From NCBI GenBank assembly GCA_016748015.1, contig JAAOMT010000523.1, forward strand, positions 1,513,552 through 1,577,551: a DNA stretch of 64,000 bases. Direction: 5' to 3'. The position numbers and the translations under genes are program-made. Numbering within the stretch: the first letter of the stretch is position 1; each line of letters starts with the position of its first letter. This document shows, piece by piece, positions 1 through 13,450 of this stretch. This DNA is from Geosiphon pyriformis uo1 (lineage: Eukaryota > Fungi > Glomeromycota). The notes under the pieces were generated by a model that did no database searches, was not told the origin of the DNA, and worked only from the letters and a program-made list of their open reading frames with translations.

Positions 1-589
1 GGTTTTACTTAATTCTTACAAATCCAAAATTGGTTTAATATTTTTCATCTCTCAGATTGACAAATTAAGCACAAAATTGTCTCTCATCTTTTCATTTCTT
101 TAATAAACAATGTGAAATAGCTCATTATTTTGGATCATTGTCTTCTCACTTCTTTAAATTAGAAGCTGTTTCCTCACATTTATGTAATATATGTCTTTTA
201 TTTTATTCTTTGGTTTGATAGTTATTTGGTTATTATTTTAATAAATCATAAAATAGGATCTTTGATCATTCAATCATTCAATCAATCTATTATGAAATTT
301 TCCTAATCCGATTATAAATGAATAGAATGCACTGATACTTTTAAGAAAATAAACAATTCTAAGATTATAGTTTTGAAAAAAAGATAACGATTCTTCCTGC
401 TATTGGCATTCAGTGAGTCTTGGAAAGTGTCACCTGGAACATATGATTTTCTTTTGTTCTTGAATTAATTAAAGGTTTTCTCTCTTGATCCCAGATCAAA
501 ATAGTTTGGCACCTCAAGTTAAATAAAAATAGAACATACTTTTTCGGAACGGTTTTAGGAGTTCCGCGCTTAGATTCATGCCAAAAATT

Positions 590-750
590 TTCTAAAAATT
601 AACTGTTTTACAAAAAGAATTGGAGTTTTCTAAAATCTTCCAACTAAGATCAGTTATGAATGTGAGCGACCATCGGTGACTTGATGAGAGGATGAGCCGA
701 AGCTGGTGATGTTGTGACAAAATATTGTCAAAGTATTTGCATCCAAAAAG
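590..750 (+). pseudogene. possible Sel1-like repeat remnant
   Basis: Fragments CFTKRIGVF*NL and AEAGDVVTKYCQSICIQK, followed by a GTAAGG donor, resemble the Sel1 consensus (AEAG..AQY.LG.CY..G.GV). Short and disrupted. Confidence 0.3.
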
Positions 751-2264
751 TAAGGTTCATTATTTTTGTATTTCTTTAAAACAGCACTCGTAACAATTAA
801 ATAAACAATAATTTTTTATAAGAGTAAGAGAATGCAAATATTAAGGTATGATAGACACGCAAACCTTTTTTAAAAGCTGAATAAATTATAAACTCTAAAT
901 TTGAACTACATTAATCAATTTATAAAACATATTTTTTCAAAAAACATCTAATAAATTATTTTAATTATATTTTTAACTTTAGCAACGATAAAAAATCTTA
1001 ATAAAAGAATATTTAGAAAAAAATAACAATAATATGTAATAATTTACAATTGTTAATAAATAAATAATATTTTATGTTATTTTATGTTTTTTAATTTCAG
1101 CTTTGCACTTTTTGTTTATATAAAAATCAAAAAATTAATAACTAAATAAATTTTACTTTAAAAAAGACTATTTTACTTTATTCTGTTGTTATTAAAGATC
1201 TTTTAGCTTGTTTTTAAGTTATTAAAAGTTATTTTATAAAAGATTACAACTAACTCAAAAGAAAATTTTAAATAAATTTAAAGTAAAAATATTTTGGAAA
1301 TTTTGTTTAAATCTGAGTAAAAAATAAATAAATCAATTTAATAAAATTAGTAACTAATCAACTTTAGAGTTATTAATTTTAATGTAAATGAAATTTAGAG
1401 AAAATAATTAATTGATGCATTTTGAAAATAGAAAATATTTTATTGATTTGGTTTGTAACTCATTCTAAACTATAAGGTATTTTAACTATAAATTATTTAA
1501 AATTAGTTGAATTTTAGTTTGAACTGCTTTAAAATTTTTATTGTTATATATTTTATGCTAATATATAATTTAATCATTATATTTAATTAGATTTTCCCCA
1601 TTTTTTTATTCTTTTAGTAAAGATTTTAAAGTAATAGTCATAAAACATTTTCCCATCTATATGTACAAAAAAATTAAATTAGACTTTCATATTTCGGTAA
1701 ATTATGTCGTATTCTCTTTTTAAAAAGGTTTGATTGAAATTATTCTTAAAACCCAGTCATCTTTGCTAATCATTAGAAATTGCTAGAATTTTTAGCTTCT
1801 ATTTCATTTGAAGAAAAAAAAAGAACCAGAACACCAGTCATCTTTACGAGCACTGCCTATAGTATCCCCCTACTATAATACCCTTAATATTTACAAACAA
1901 TGACACATGAGTTCTGTAATTAAGATTCGAAACAATAATGATGATAACAGGGAGATGACAAAAAAAAAATTCCTCGCCTAGGAAAATTTTAACAGTTCGG
2001 AGTTTGTGCTTTACACCCATGTAGTTTTGTGTCAACCTAGCACCGCTAACATGAGATAGATCTTGATAGACATTTTCTATCTTCCATTTTATCTTTGCTC
2101 TTAAAAAAAATTAGTGATTAAAAATATTTTTGATCAAAACAACATGATATTATAAATCCTTTTTTGGCTAAGATGAGCTGCTGTTCTAAAATCACATCAT
2201 TTCGAAGGGAGTGCTATGCTTATGACGAATGACCTAATTATTCGAAATATTTTTATATAAAAAC

Positions 2265-2475
2265 AGCCCTTCCTTCCTTTATCGTTCCATTACTCCCCCT
2301 TAGTGCTTCTCTTAATTTTTTTATCACTTCACTTCCCTTCCTTCCCTTTCTTTATCGCTTCCCTTCCTTCTCTTCCTTTCTTTATCGCTTAACTTCCTTC
2401 ATTCTTTCCCTTCCTTTTTTTCGTCCCCCCTTTCTTCCATTCTCCCTTCCTGTCCTTTTCTCTCTCTTCGTTCCT
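2265..2475. repeat. polypyrimidine (CCTT/CTTC-rich) low-complexity tract
   Basis: About 210 nt that is almost entirely C/T on the + strand, with repeated ttctttatcgctt units. Confidence 0.85.
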
Positions 2476-2599
2476 ATATAAGGTGAGTTTCGCTGGGTAT
2501 TGTACTTGTTAAAATGTTAAAGAATAAAAAAAATGATTTTTTCGGGCGATTTTTTAAGATAATTGTAGATCACCTTTATAATTATTTTGGACTTGTCGT

Positions 2600-4360
2600 G
2601 TGCACATTTTTTTTCTTGAATATTCGTCACTTAATATACCACAAGCGATGTGAGAAACATCGCGAGTATTTTCAATATGCCATCACGCATTTAAAGATCT
2701 TTTTTCGATAAAAGCAAAGAATGAATAGACAACAGTAGTGCTGCATCCTATGCACAAATACGATATCCATTTATCTGTGGATACAGAACAAAGGGTAACA
2801 CTACTCACTTGTTTCACTCTCAACGATCTTAAACTCAAAAAATTGAATCTTGTTCAAAAAACTAAATCATACATGCCTTCAATCGACCAGCATCTATTGT
2901 CACAGTATGGGAAGTGTTTTAAAAAGGAATAAAAAAAGTGCAGCTGGCATTGAAGCGTATCCATCCGGGCGAGCGCAGTCATTCGCAGGGACTACTGACA
3001 GGTAGTAATAACGTCCCTGCTTATCCATATGAATAAGCTCAGTTTTTCCCCGACCTTCAGCTTAATGCCTAGCAGACTCCTGCACAGGGATTGTGTTTTG
3101 ATACAAAAACATCCTCAGAATACAAGCGAATAAGCTCAGTTTTTTCTGCTTAAGCAAACCAGCTGCTACCGTTACTGGGCTAATTATCGCAACTTACGAC
3201 ATTTTTGAGGACCAATTCACGTGCGATCTGCATTTGAACAACCTCGATGAAAAAAAATTAGAAAATCGTATCAAACTACCTCAGGAAGCAACGAAACAGT
3301 TAGATAAAATTTTTGTTAAGGAACGTGAACCATGCCTTTCTTCGTTAAGATATTTTGAGTATCTTTGTACTCCAGATGTGAAATATGTCCATGAATACTT
3401 CAAGAGTCGGAAAGCATCTACCTGATGTATTCAAAGTTAAATCGAGTATATCTCTGAAACTGGGATGGAGCTTGACTTCATTCAATATTACAATCTTTTC
3501 ACTGATAGCTTGGCTCAAATAAATCAACTTGTGGTTACGCCTAATCCAATCAGAGCTTTCTGTAACAGTTACATTACATGGTTGAAGGTGCAGTATTATT
3601 GCAATTTTCGATTAATACATAAAACCCAAAACTCATACAAAAACTCGAATAATTATAGTCTAATGCGGGAGTAGCAATAGCAGGAACATGTGCCACATTC
3701 TTCGAAACAAAAAAAGCGTGTAAGCTATCGGTTAGCATTCACAGCACTACTGAGGTGGGTTAGTATACATGTATGCACACTTGTTTCGAACGGAATACTC
3801 GCATATTATCACCTGCAGGATGTGATATGCCTTAACGCAAAAACTGATATCTTCCAAGCCCATTTACAATTAGGGTCTGCTCTGCCTATTCTTCCGCCTG
3901 CATCCAAAATTTCACCTCAAACTTTCATAGATTTAACGCCATTGAAAATAACTCCCAATAAGTGACCATATGAGAAGGAAGAATCTCAGCTGTAAGTTCC
4001 GTTTTTCTACCTGCTACATATCACTTTACAATAAGAGATTCTTAAATTTGCTCTCTTTATATTGTAGATTTATCCAAGACATTTCTATAGTATGTGCATT
4101 TGGGGAGACGATTGAAGAGTTGTCATCAAAAATTGGAGAAAAACTTGCTGTGGAGGTGTCCTTTATGCATGATATTAATCCGACACCTAATATTTTTAAA
4201 TATTGAGTTTCTATCCCTGCTTTTCAATAAGCCACTTTGATGATTAGAAAATATTTGGCCTGCTATTTTTTTCTCTTTTCTTTTTTTACTCATATTGTCC
4301 ATGCGGTTCTCAGACGGTGGATAATGCCTGGAAGTGTGAAGAAGAGATGTCATGCTTATT
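2600..4360 (+). pseudogene. decayed coding-like sequence of unknown family (possibly TE-derived)
   Basis: GC and CpG content are higher than the flanks, with a chain of short same-strand ORFs (2738, 3234, 3465, 3690, 3970) broken by stops and frameshifts. No recognisable motif. Confidence 0.3.
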
Positions 4361-4680
4361 CTCGATGTTTATTATATATTAAAATAATGTAGTTACAAAG
4401 TTTTGAGATGTAACCCATGATAATGACAAGGATTATATATACATTGTATGAAATTATATAATGCTACAGAAAAATTAAATCGTAATTTAAACACCATTGA
4501 GATGCGCATTTATATAGCCATCTTAAGTCTACACAGCAATAACTTATTATTATAAAAACATTATTTCCTATACTGTGTTGGTAATTTTTGCCTCGCTGGT
4601 TCCAGATTTTCAATAAAGAAAATATATTAATACGATGTATTTTATTATAAGATTTCAATGAATTAATTTATTACACTTAC

Positions 4681-5350
4681 CTAGATAACTTCGCCTATGG
4701 TTTTTTAATTTCATTGTAAATTTTTGAGAACCCAACTTAGGGGGAGAATATTTTTGTGGTTTCTTATTGTATCTTTTAACATTATCCACGATCGAGTGAG
4801 TATTATCTAAAATCTCCGATGTATCTAAATCTCCATCGTCGAAAAGAGAGCCAAATTTCTGTGTTTATTTTATAACGGTGTCATGAATATAGAAGACAAT
4901 GCTATGCCTTGACCCAGCCGTTATTGGAAAGTTCTCGTGAACTAAATGACGTGATCGAAAAGCGATTGATTGTCCTTGCTTAACCATAACCGCAACTTTA
5001 GTTCAGGAAATGCTAGATGCCCACCCTCAAACGTTGCGAGAGGGCAGACAATAGAGAGTGTATTACGATGATCTTTTAGATCTCGATGAAATTGGCAGAT
5101 GCTATTAAAGTTAATACTAATAGTGGGGAAGGCTCCAAAAGATTTAGAAATGTTCGAGCCTAAGTTGAGTTTTTTCATTTTAGCGTATAATGCCGGATAT
5201 GCGTTGTTAAGATAATCGTTTACTGCGTCGGAAAGTGGCTGAAGTCCTCGGATCAAATCCTGAAAACACTTATGATGCTGCTGGGAATGTGAAGAAGCAG
5301 TATTTGAAATGACATATGGTAAGTTGCAGAAAGAATAATGCGAGGCGTGG
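4681..5350 (-). pseudogene. TET/JBP-like 2OG-Fe(II) dioxygenase pseudogene (5'-truncated, frameshifted)
   Basis: FPTISINFNSICQF-HRD-LKD (HxD at 5088-5080) and FEGGHLAFPEL. After a 1-nt frameshift at ~4995 it reads AVMVKQGQSIAFRSRHLV-H-ENFPITAGS-RHSIVFYIH, matching the TET/JBP distal His and R-x-S-x-V-F-Y strand. TAA at 4867-4865, then the frame stays open ~60 codons to a GTAAGT donor at 4680. Confidence 0.75.
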
Positions 5351-5628
5351 AGATTTGAGATGATAAATAATAAAAATAAGATTTTTGTGTCGCACAGTTT
5401 TATAAAAATACTCAAAAAAGAAACACGAATTCACACCCTATTTACCACAATCTCAAATGTTAACAACACCAAATAAAAGAATGATAGAACATGAAAATTT
5501 CAAGCAATAAGTTAAAATAAATTATTATTTTTATATTAATTTTGGATATATTGAATCAATTCAATTAATATGCACATTTGAAAAAAATCCATCTGAATTG
5601 GTGAAATTAATAGGAGAAAATTTTACTA

Positions 5629-6800
5629 ATGAAATTTTTTCCTATCGAAGACGGGTACCCAGTATGTGAATAAAAATTTTAGAAAAATACTTTAGAAATA
5701 CATTAAGTGTAAGCTAATATATTTTTTAATTGAATAATTTATTATAATTATATTAAATTAGCATATTTAATTTATATCTATAGAAAAACGGAAAAGATTT
5801 TAAGTTGCAATTCTAGAAGAAATAAAAGGAGTAAAAAAAATGAATTTAGAAAAAATATTGATGGATTTGTTAGTATTAAATTATATTTAAGCATAAAAAA
5901 ACTTATTTCTAATTAATATTTTAACGTTTCTAAAGTTATAACTCAGTTGATTTATTTCCAAGACCTTCAAGAAGGATTGGAGAAAGAAAATTTACCATAA
6001 ATCATATCGTTTCTTTGTTCAAGTTTTATGAAACAACATTTGGAACCTTGAAAATTGACTGGATAAAAGTGCATACACAGTTAGCTGATTCTGAAATTGT
6101 ATCAGTTGATATTAAAGGTATTCATTAATTTAATAATTGTAATTATTATTATAATTGGCTATTAATTTTTTATTTTATTTCAATAAAAAAAAGGAGTTCG
6201 GCATAGAGATAACAAGGAAATATGGCATCTGGAGGTTTCATGACCACCAAGTAATCCTACAATCTGTCATATGGTGAATGATACAAAGAAAGCTTTAGGA
6301 TACAGATATATTGAATTTAGTAGAAATATTAAGAGAACATCTTGATATTTGACTTGAAAATAGCAAAGAAAATTAAGGTTTCAGCATAGAAGTTAGGCAT
6401 ATATTGTTTTTATAAAATTAATTATTAAACATTAATCATATTTTAATTTTAATTTTTAATTTTCAGCATATCGGTTAACATTTTATGCTCTTAGCATGCT
6501 TGCAAATGGCTAAACATCCGCAGAATTGCCATTTAATTTTGATTCACGGTCAAAATATATGGCAATTATACGAATGATGGCAATTTTACATGTAAGAAAA
6601 ACATATTGTAAAATTAATTTTATTTAAATATTTGACAACTTTTATTATTACCATTATTATTATTATTCTTAGGAGGAACTAATCAGCAAATGGATATCTT
6701 GAATGAGATTGATTCTATTATATTTCCTTGCCAAGGCAAAAGTGTACGTAATGTATTACATATTCCATGAAATTTATGAGATACATGAAAAAAATGGTTG
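5629..6800 (+). pseudogene. intron-containing pseudogene of a Mucoromycota-type hypothetical protein family
   Basis: Exon-like blocks separated by AT-rich intron-like gaps: RIGERKFTINHIVSLFKFYETTFGTLKIDWIKVH, MASGGF, AYRLTFYALSMLANG*TSAELPFNFDSRSKYMAIIRMMAILH. Multiple stops and frameshifts. Confidence 0.5.
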
Positions 6801-9800
6801 TGATAATCCCGTTAATAGTTAATTTTTTATGTTTAATAATTTACAACTCATAATTTAAATAAATTTTAGCATTAAATTTAATTAAAAGTCGAGCAAAATA
6901 TAGTTTGATATTACTGATTTGTTTGATAAAGTTTTTCATTATGATTTGAGATTAAATAAAAGATCGAGGCAAAGAATTAAAATTAAAATTGGATAAATTA
7001 AACAGAATTATATTGTTGACCGAAACCAAGTCTCAAAATCAGCTGCAATATTTTTTAATGAGAATTAAATTTCAATCCTTTTGGATGCAACAACTCATTT
7101 GCCCATACTCCCAAAACATCTCAGCTAAGAAACTTTCAAAAATAGTTGTTTATTCTACTCATTGAAATTATGAATCAGCAATTACAAATTTTATGAGCTT
7201 GATTCAGCTGGTATGATTCATCGGTAAATATTGCAGCTGTGCTGCCAAAAAAGTTTATTGGAAATTAAAAAGAACATTAAATATGCTAGTTTAGAAGTTT
7301 TCCAAATCAGAAAAACTTGATGTTGAATAACGTGACACAAAAATCAGTTTATACGAGTAGTTTTTAAAATTTGGGAAACAGAAAAATTATTTATTTAATT
7401 CATAAATGTTAACGTTTTAATTGATTAATTTGGTTAAATTTATTTTTTCAACCAAAATTTAAAATATTGAAATTATTAAAAAAAAAAAATTTTCTACATA
7501 TTTATTGAAAAATAATAATACTTTAATTTCTCATTCTTTTAAGCTACAAGTGTATTCAAATATTTCTTCAAGAAATTTTCTCAGAATGAAGAAATCACTT
7601 CGAGGCACAAAAGGCCCAAGAGTTGCTTAAGTGAAAGTATGTGTTTTTTTATGTGTTTGTTCAGTTGAGGGCCAAAAAATCTGCCTTTGTTGTTTGTATG
7701 GATCTGCTGAGTTCTACATGAAAGATACAATTGTTTGCTGAGTCTATTGCTGTAGCATAATTGTAATTATTTAATGTTGGAATCACTGATCTTATTTCAT
7801 TACCTGTAATCTTTGTTGTATTATTATGTTTATGAGATTTTCTCGAAATTTTATTTGCAATCAATTCCTAAATCTCAAAGAAAATTGTTTTCAATAAATA
7901 TTAGGATTAAAATTAGGGTTAGAGTTGCCCAATAAATATTTCTTAAAAACATTAAAAGTTTACAAAACTGATTAATTAATTAGCATAAATAATACTAGAA
8001 AATTCCTTTGTATACCTGTTTCCAACACTATGCTACTTTTTTTATTTTGGAAAAGAAAAAAACAAAATTCTTGATTGATAGTTTAGTAATTAAATAAAAC
8101 TATAAAATCAAATAAAGCGAAAATTAATAAACTTTTTACAGGTCAAATCATTTTTTAATGATCTGTAATGTCATTAAAATGGTAAAAGGTATTTTAGATT
8201 ACTTAAATATTAATTACAAAGTTGTTATTAATATATTTAATATCAAGTAATTGTAAAAAAATTGTTTAGGTTACAATTAATTATTTTAAACGAAATTAAT
8301 TTAATATTTGTAAAAGAAGTAATTAGAAATTGCAGACAATGGCAATAATAATTAATACATTTTAAAATAGGCAAGTTTTTTTTATAATTATTGAAAGGTT
8401 TGAAATAATAAGTAATCTAATAATTACATTTTAAACTTTAAAAAATGTCTATTGTAAATTTATGCGAAAATAATATTGAATAATCACTGAAATAATTTTT
8501 AAGTAATACATATAATAATTATTTTTGCTATTTTTTTAATAAGTAATATTGTTTTTATACAAGATAAAAAAATTGTAAAACTTGTATAATAAAAGTATTT
8601 TTATACATAATATAAAAAAGAGTTATGAATCTTTTATTTTTTAATAACATTATCATAAAAATTAAGCCTGTTTATAACAAACAACTTTTTATATTGATAT
8701 TTTAAAATTTTTTTAATTTATATTGTTAATATTTAAAACTTATTTTAAATCAATAAATAATTTTACCATCACAAAAATTGTATTTAAAAAAACTAAAAAA
8801 AATTAATGTTGATACAAATATTATTTAAAAATAATAAATGTATTTTGAAGTTTTGTATTTAAATATTCAATTTCTGTATTGAATTTTTAAAAAAAGATTA
8901 TATATTATTTGAATAATTATGCACAGATATCAATTCTTTCATAAATATTCAATCTTATATTTTTGAAATTTTAGGATATTATGACATAAAGAAATTGCTA
9001 TTCTTTTTTTTAAAGTAAAATATCTTTAAAAATTGATTTGATATTTGTTCAATATAAATGCTGATTTAAATATAATTTTTTTTGAATATTTAAGTAAGTT
9101 TTTAAAATGTTAATAATATATTAAAATGCTTTGTTTAATTTAAAGATCAATTAAATATTTATTTGGATTAAATTACCAAGTTGAAAATTTTTAAGAGACA
9201 ATCAGAAAATATTGTAATTATTTAATTGATTATATAAATGTATAATGTATTATTTTTATAAAAATTTAAATCATTTTAAGATAAAAGTAAAAATATCTTT
9301 TTACATATTTAAAATTATTAATTAAAACATTAAATGTTATTTAAGGTTTTATTAACTTTTTAATTTCAGTATTGACCATTAGGTTCTAAACATGATAAAT
9401 AGCAGGATTAGAAATTGATAAATTAAGATGATTTTAATATTTCTTGATAAATAAAACATATCCACTATAAGAATTAAACTTGAGTCTAACAGAAAAAAGC
9501 TTTAATTAATTGTATTTTAGTAAGATAAATTAGTGTCGAACTAATTAATTATAGCAGTTTAGCCTGACCAACTTGAAATTCAAAACACCCTTATTTGATA
9601 TTTTTTGACTAATTGGTTTATAAAAATCGACTCGGAGAGAATCTTTTCTCTTTGGAATAACTCAACCGAATAATTAATGATCCGAAAATCTTCGATTGGA
9701 GCATCCGAAGTTTAAAAATAAATTGAAAGCTAATAAAAATAAGAAATTAAAAGGAGCGGTTGATAAAAAAATTTTGTTTTAGTATTAGGCAAACTAAAAA

Positions 9801-11599
9801 TAATTATATTATAAAAATGTTTATTACTAAAGCATAACGTTAAAATTTAGAAGTTCAATTATTTTACCTATTAATAGAATATAGTCTTAATAGATTATTT
9901 GATAAATGTAAATGCTCCTGTTCACAGATCTGTAAAAGTTAAACACAATAATTAATAAAAGATATACAAGCAACAAAGGGTCTTATGATTAAATCATACA
10001 ACTCATTTGGTTAATGGGAAATTTGTTTGGCCAAAAAATAATTTAAAATTTTTTTTCCGAAATGATCAATAGTTCTAATCTAAATTCTATCAAAAATATG
10101 TGGAGTATAATTGTGGAAATTTAAAACAACGGATGCTAGAATATCTATTAGAATTTGAGCATTTTGTAATGAAAGAGCGAGAAGATATTTTCCATGATAT
10201 TTTAAATAAGTTAAGTAACTACTAATAAAACTTGTGATTGTACTTATGATAAGTATAACCGTTTTCAATTACCAAACGAGCCATTTAGTGTAAAACTGTC
10301 ATTACACCATGTAATTATTATCATTATTATCATTATTATCATTCTTATTATTATACACTTAATATTTAATATTTATTTTATTTTATAAATTCTAACTTAT
10401 AGATTTCAAAGAACCTTTGTATCCCATTGAAAGTAAGAATTTAAAAGAATTGAGAATATAATTAAATGTAATTATTTAATGCTTATTACTTAACTATATT
10501 GGAATGTTGGAATGACTCTTAATAAATGTAATAGCAATCTTTTCATAAGATATATATTTATTCTATATTATATTGACTGTACCATTTTTTATATTCCATT
10601 CAATAATTTTAAAATACATTGTATTTATTTAAAAGTCATTTTATATATTATTTTTTAAATTTTATTAATAATTTATATATATATTAAAGTCAAAAATTCT
10701 TAAGAAAGTTTAATAAATGCTAGAATATAAATTATTATTAAAAAAAATTTTGTTTATAAAATTGTCCTTTATTGTGGTTTGAAAATTACAAAATTCAAAT
10801 ATAAAAATATTGAATTAATAATTTAATTCATTAGAAAAATTTTTGATTTATTAAAAATTATTGTAAAAATATTAGTCCTAATGTTTAAAATTAAACTATT
10901 AAATTTGTAAAATATATGTTAATACTCAATCTAAAAGCTTATTTATTTTTAAATTTTGATTTTGATATATTAAATTAATTTTCATTTAAATTTGGTCTAT
11001 AAATTGATAATTATTAATATACCACATCAATTTGAAATATACTGTAGCAGACTTAATATAAATATAAGTTTTAGAAAGTGTGTAAGATTATATTCTGACT
11101 TTATTAACTTTATTGATATTTTCTTTAAGAAAATATACATTACAATTTTTTTTGAAGTGTTTACTTTATTAATGGGTCGAATAATTCAATTACAAAATCT
11201 ACCATATATAAATTGCAAAAATAACTATTTGAAAAATAAATCATTTAAGCACTTAAAAGACAACTTATATAAAATAGGCCTTGATGATTTATTGCCAGAA
11301 AATTTCTGCAATGAAATAGCTTTTAACAATGCAGCTATCGTCTTTAACTCTCGGGATTTTACCTCCTTTAATAAAATGCTTTTTCCTTTTTTTTTTATCT
11401 CGGGATGACTTAAATGTGAATGGCAGTGAAATATGGAAAAATTGTAGAATGGGGAGTCGCTAAATCAAGCAATGGCATTCAATTGGAAAGAGAAAACTTT
11501 AAGGCTTTATTGAAATATCTGCAACTAATAATTTTATTTCATAGCTTAATAAATTACTTTTGTAAAATTTAAATTTTAATATTGAATTACTTATAATTT

Positions 11600-12150
11600 A
11601 ACAATGATAGTTTGATAGAATACGAACTTCGAGTGTTAATGTAAACAAATCCCATTTTAAGTTTAGAAATGCCATGGTGGAATGTTTCTTACATCATATC
11701 CAATGGAATAAAAGCTAGTAAGTTCAAACTGTAATCGGAGATCCCCAACTGCGGCTGCCTTCTGATACTAATAGAATCTCTTTAGACTATTCGCATTAAT
11801 TCTTCGTCCCTGTTTATAGAAATTGGCAAGATTAATCTGGACTACAAAATTACCAGTTTTGGCTGCTTTTTTGAACTAGACAAAAGCTTGGTGCTTATTT
11901 TGACTGGTTTCAACTAAGTCAATATAACAATACTCGTATTGAGCTTGACATAATGAATAACCAGTTTCAGTGCTCTTTTGTGGGAAATTAAAGGCTTGCT
12001 ATTCATCACATATTGTGCCCAATCTGTAGTTAAAAAGATACCTAAGCAGACAAGCGAATGTTGGCTGTTAAATTTTCTTAGAGACAAGTTGAAAAACGCC
12101 TTCAAGAATTTGATTTTGTGAGAAAATCTACTCTTTGACATCTCGAACTA
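11600..12150 (-). pseudogene. Sel1 (SLR/TPR-like) repeat protein pseudogene
   Basis: One frame reads FACLLRYLFNYRLGTICDE*QAFNFPQKSTETGYSLCQAQYEYCYIDLVETSQNKHQAFV*FKKAAKTGNFVVQINLANFYKQGRRINANSLKRFY*YQKAAAVGD. This is about three Sel1 repeats with three in-frame TAG stops, two at conserved Trp positions. Confidence 0.8.
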
Positions 12151-12735
12151 CATAAAAATCTTACTTATAAACTAATGTGGAATTCTAAAATTGTGTAAAT
12201 AATAATTGGATACTTTATATAATTTGTGTGATTAGTAAAATGATAATTAATACTACAGTTAATAATAAAAATTAAAAATAATTTTAAAGCTAAATTTTAA
12301 TTCTAATTTTTATATTATATTTATTGTAATAAACATAGCTCTTCAATTGGCTATGTTGATTAATATAATAATTTTAACAAATTATAATTAATTGTATAGC
12401 TAAACAAGTTATGTTCTAATATATGTCTTATATAATTATACCATAAGATAAAAATTAAAACAGTTTTTTTTTGTAAATAACTGTCGATATTAGTAATATT
12501 TAACAATTTATTACTTGTTAAAAAAGATTTTTTAGATAAATAGTATTGTCAAAAATATTTTTTTAATTTTAATAATTTAATTAACAATGTTTCTGAATAA
12601 TTTAATTATAGAAAAAACAACTTTTCTCTCCAAATTATTATATTTATTATGTAAAAAAAATTATATTCTTTTATTAAAAATTTTTGTTTGTAAATTATCT
12701 ATTAATATATCTATATATAAACTTAATAATAGTAT

Positions 12736-13450
12736 TGTTATAATCAGAAATAACAAGTTAATGAATAGCAAAAAAAATAGTATAGTATAGTAATAAATAT
12801 AATAAAAGAGTAATTCAACTTTTATAAGCGACTTAATAAGAATTTAATGTATAAAATCAGTCTCATAAATATTTCAGTCACTATTCTTTTTAAGAAATAA
12901 TCTATATTATCAACAAAAGATAACATACTAGTATAATTCTATGTTTCATGTTGGCATTTTTAAAATTTAATATTAGATATCAATTATACTTATTAGTAAA
13001 TATTTATTCAATATACTTTACAAAAACTAACAATTATACAAATCAAAAAAAGAAAAAGAAAAAAAATAGTAAAAAGAAAATAAAAGAGTTGATATCATTG
13101 TATTGATTTTTGCTTTAAATGAATTTGATTCAAATAAGAAAAAATTTAAGAATTTTCGTTCTATATATTTTTAAAAAAAAGTAATGATCAAATTAGTAAT
13201 TATATTAATGATTTGGTTAATAATTAAGTCAATAATTAAGTCAATAACCAAGTTAATAACTAAATTAATAATTAAGTCATTATCAAGTCAATAATTATTA
13301 ATAAATAATTCTAAAAATATGATAACTAATTAATAATATCAATATTTAATAAATATAACTAACTATTACTAAGTAAATAAGTAAGATTTTTATCTCAAAA
13401 TTAACTAATTTGTTGAAATTTTTAGTTAATAAGATGTATAGTAATTATAA
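12736..13450 (-). repeat. LTR (3' LTR of minus-strand Gypsy element)
   Basis: Reverse-complement similarity to ~21290-21893 (e.g. gatatcattgtattgatttttgctttaaatgaatttgattcaa vs ttgaatcaaattcattcaaagcaaagatcaatacaatgatatc). Ends ...TATAACA on the minus strand at 12736 and contains ~12-nt ttaataaccaag-type repeats. Inner boundary approximate. Confidence 0.7.

Noticed and set aside
7540-7864. Faint HMG-box-like fragments on the minus strand (SANNCIFHVE; EVISSF*EN..KKY)
   Set aside because: Too degenerate and split across frames to call without a profile search.
8050-9400. Very AT-rich block resembling a decayed TE (similar blocks at ~19900-21280 and ~37700-39550)
   Set aside because: No diagnostic motif could be recovered by eye; left unclassified.
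10992-11408. 138-aa plus-strand ORF
   Set aside because: It has a TTG start, AT-biased composition and no motifs, and lies next to and opposite the Sel1 pseudogene.
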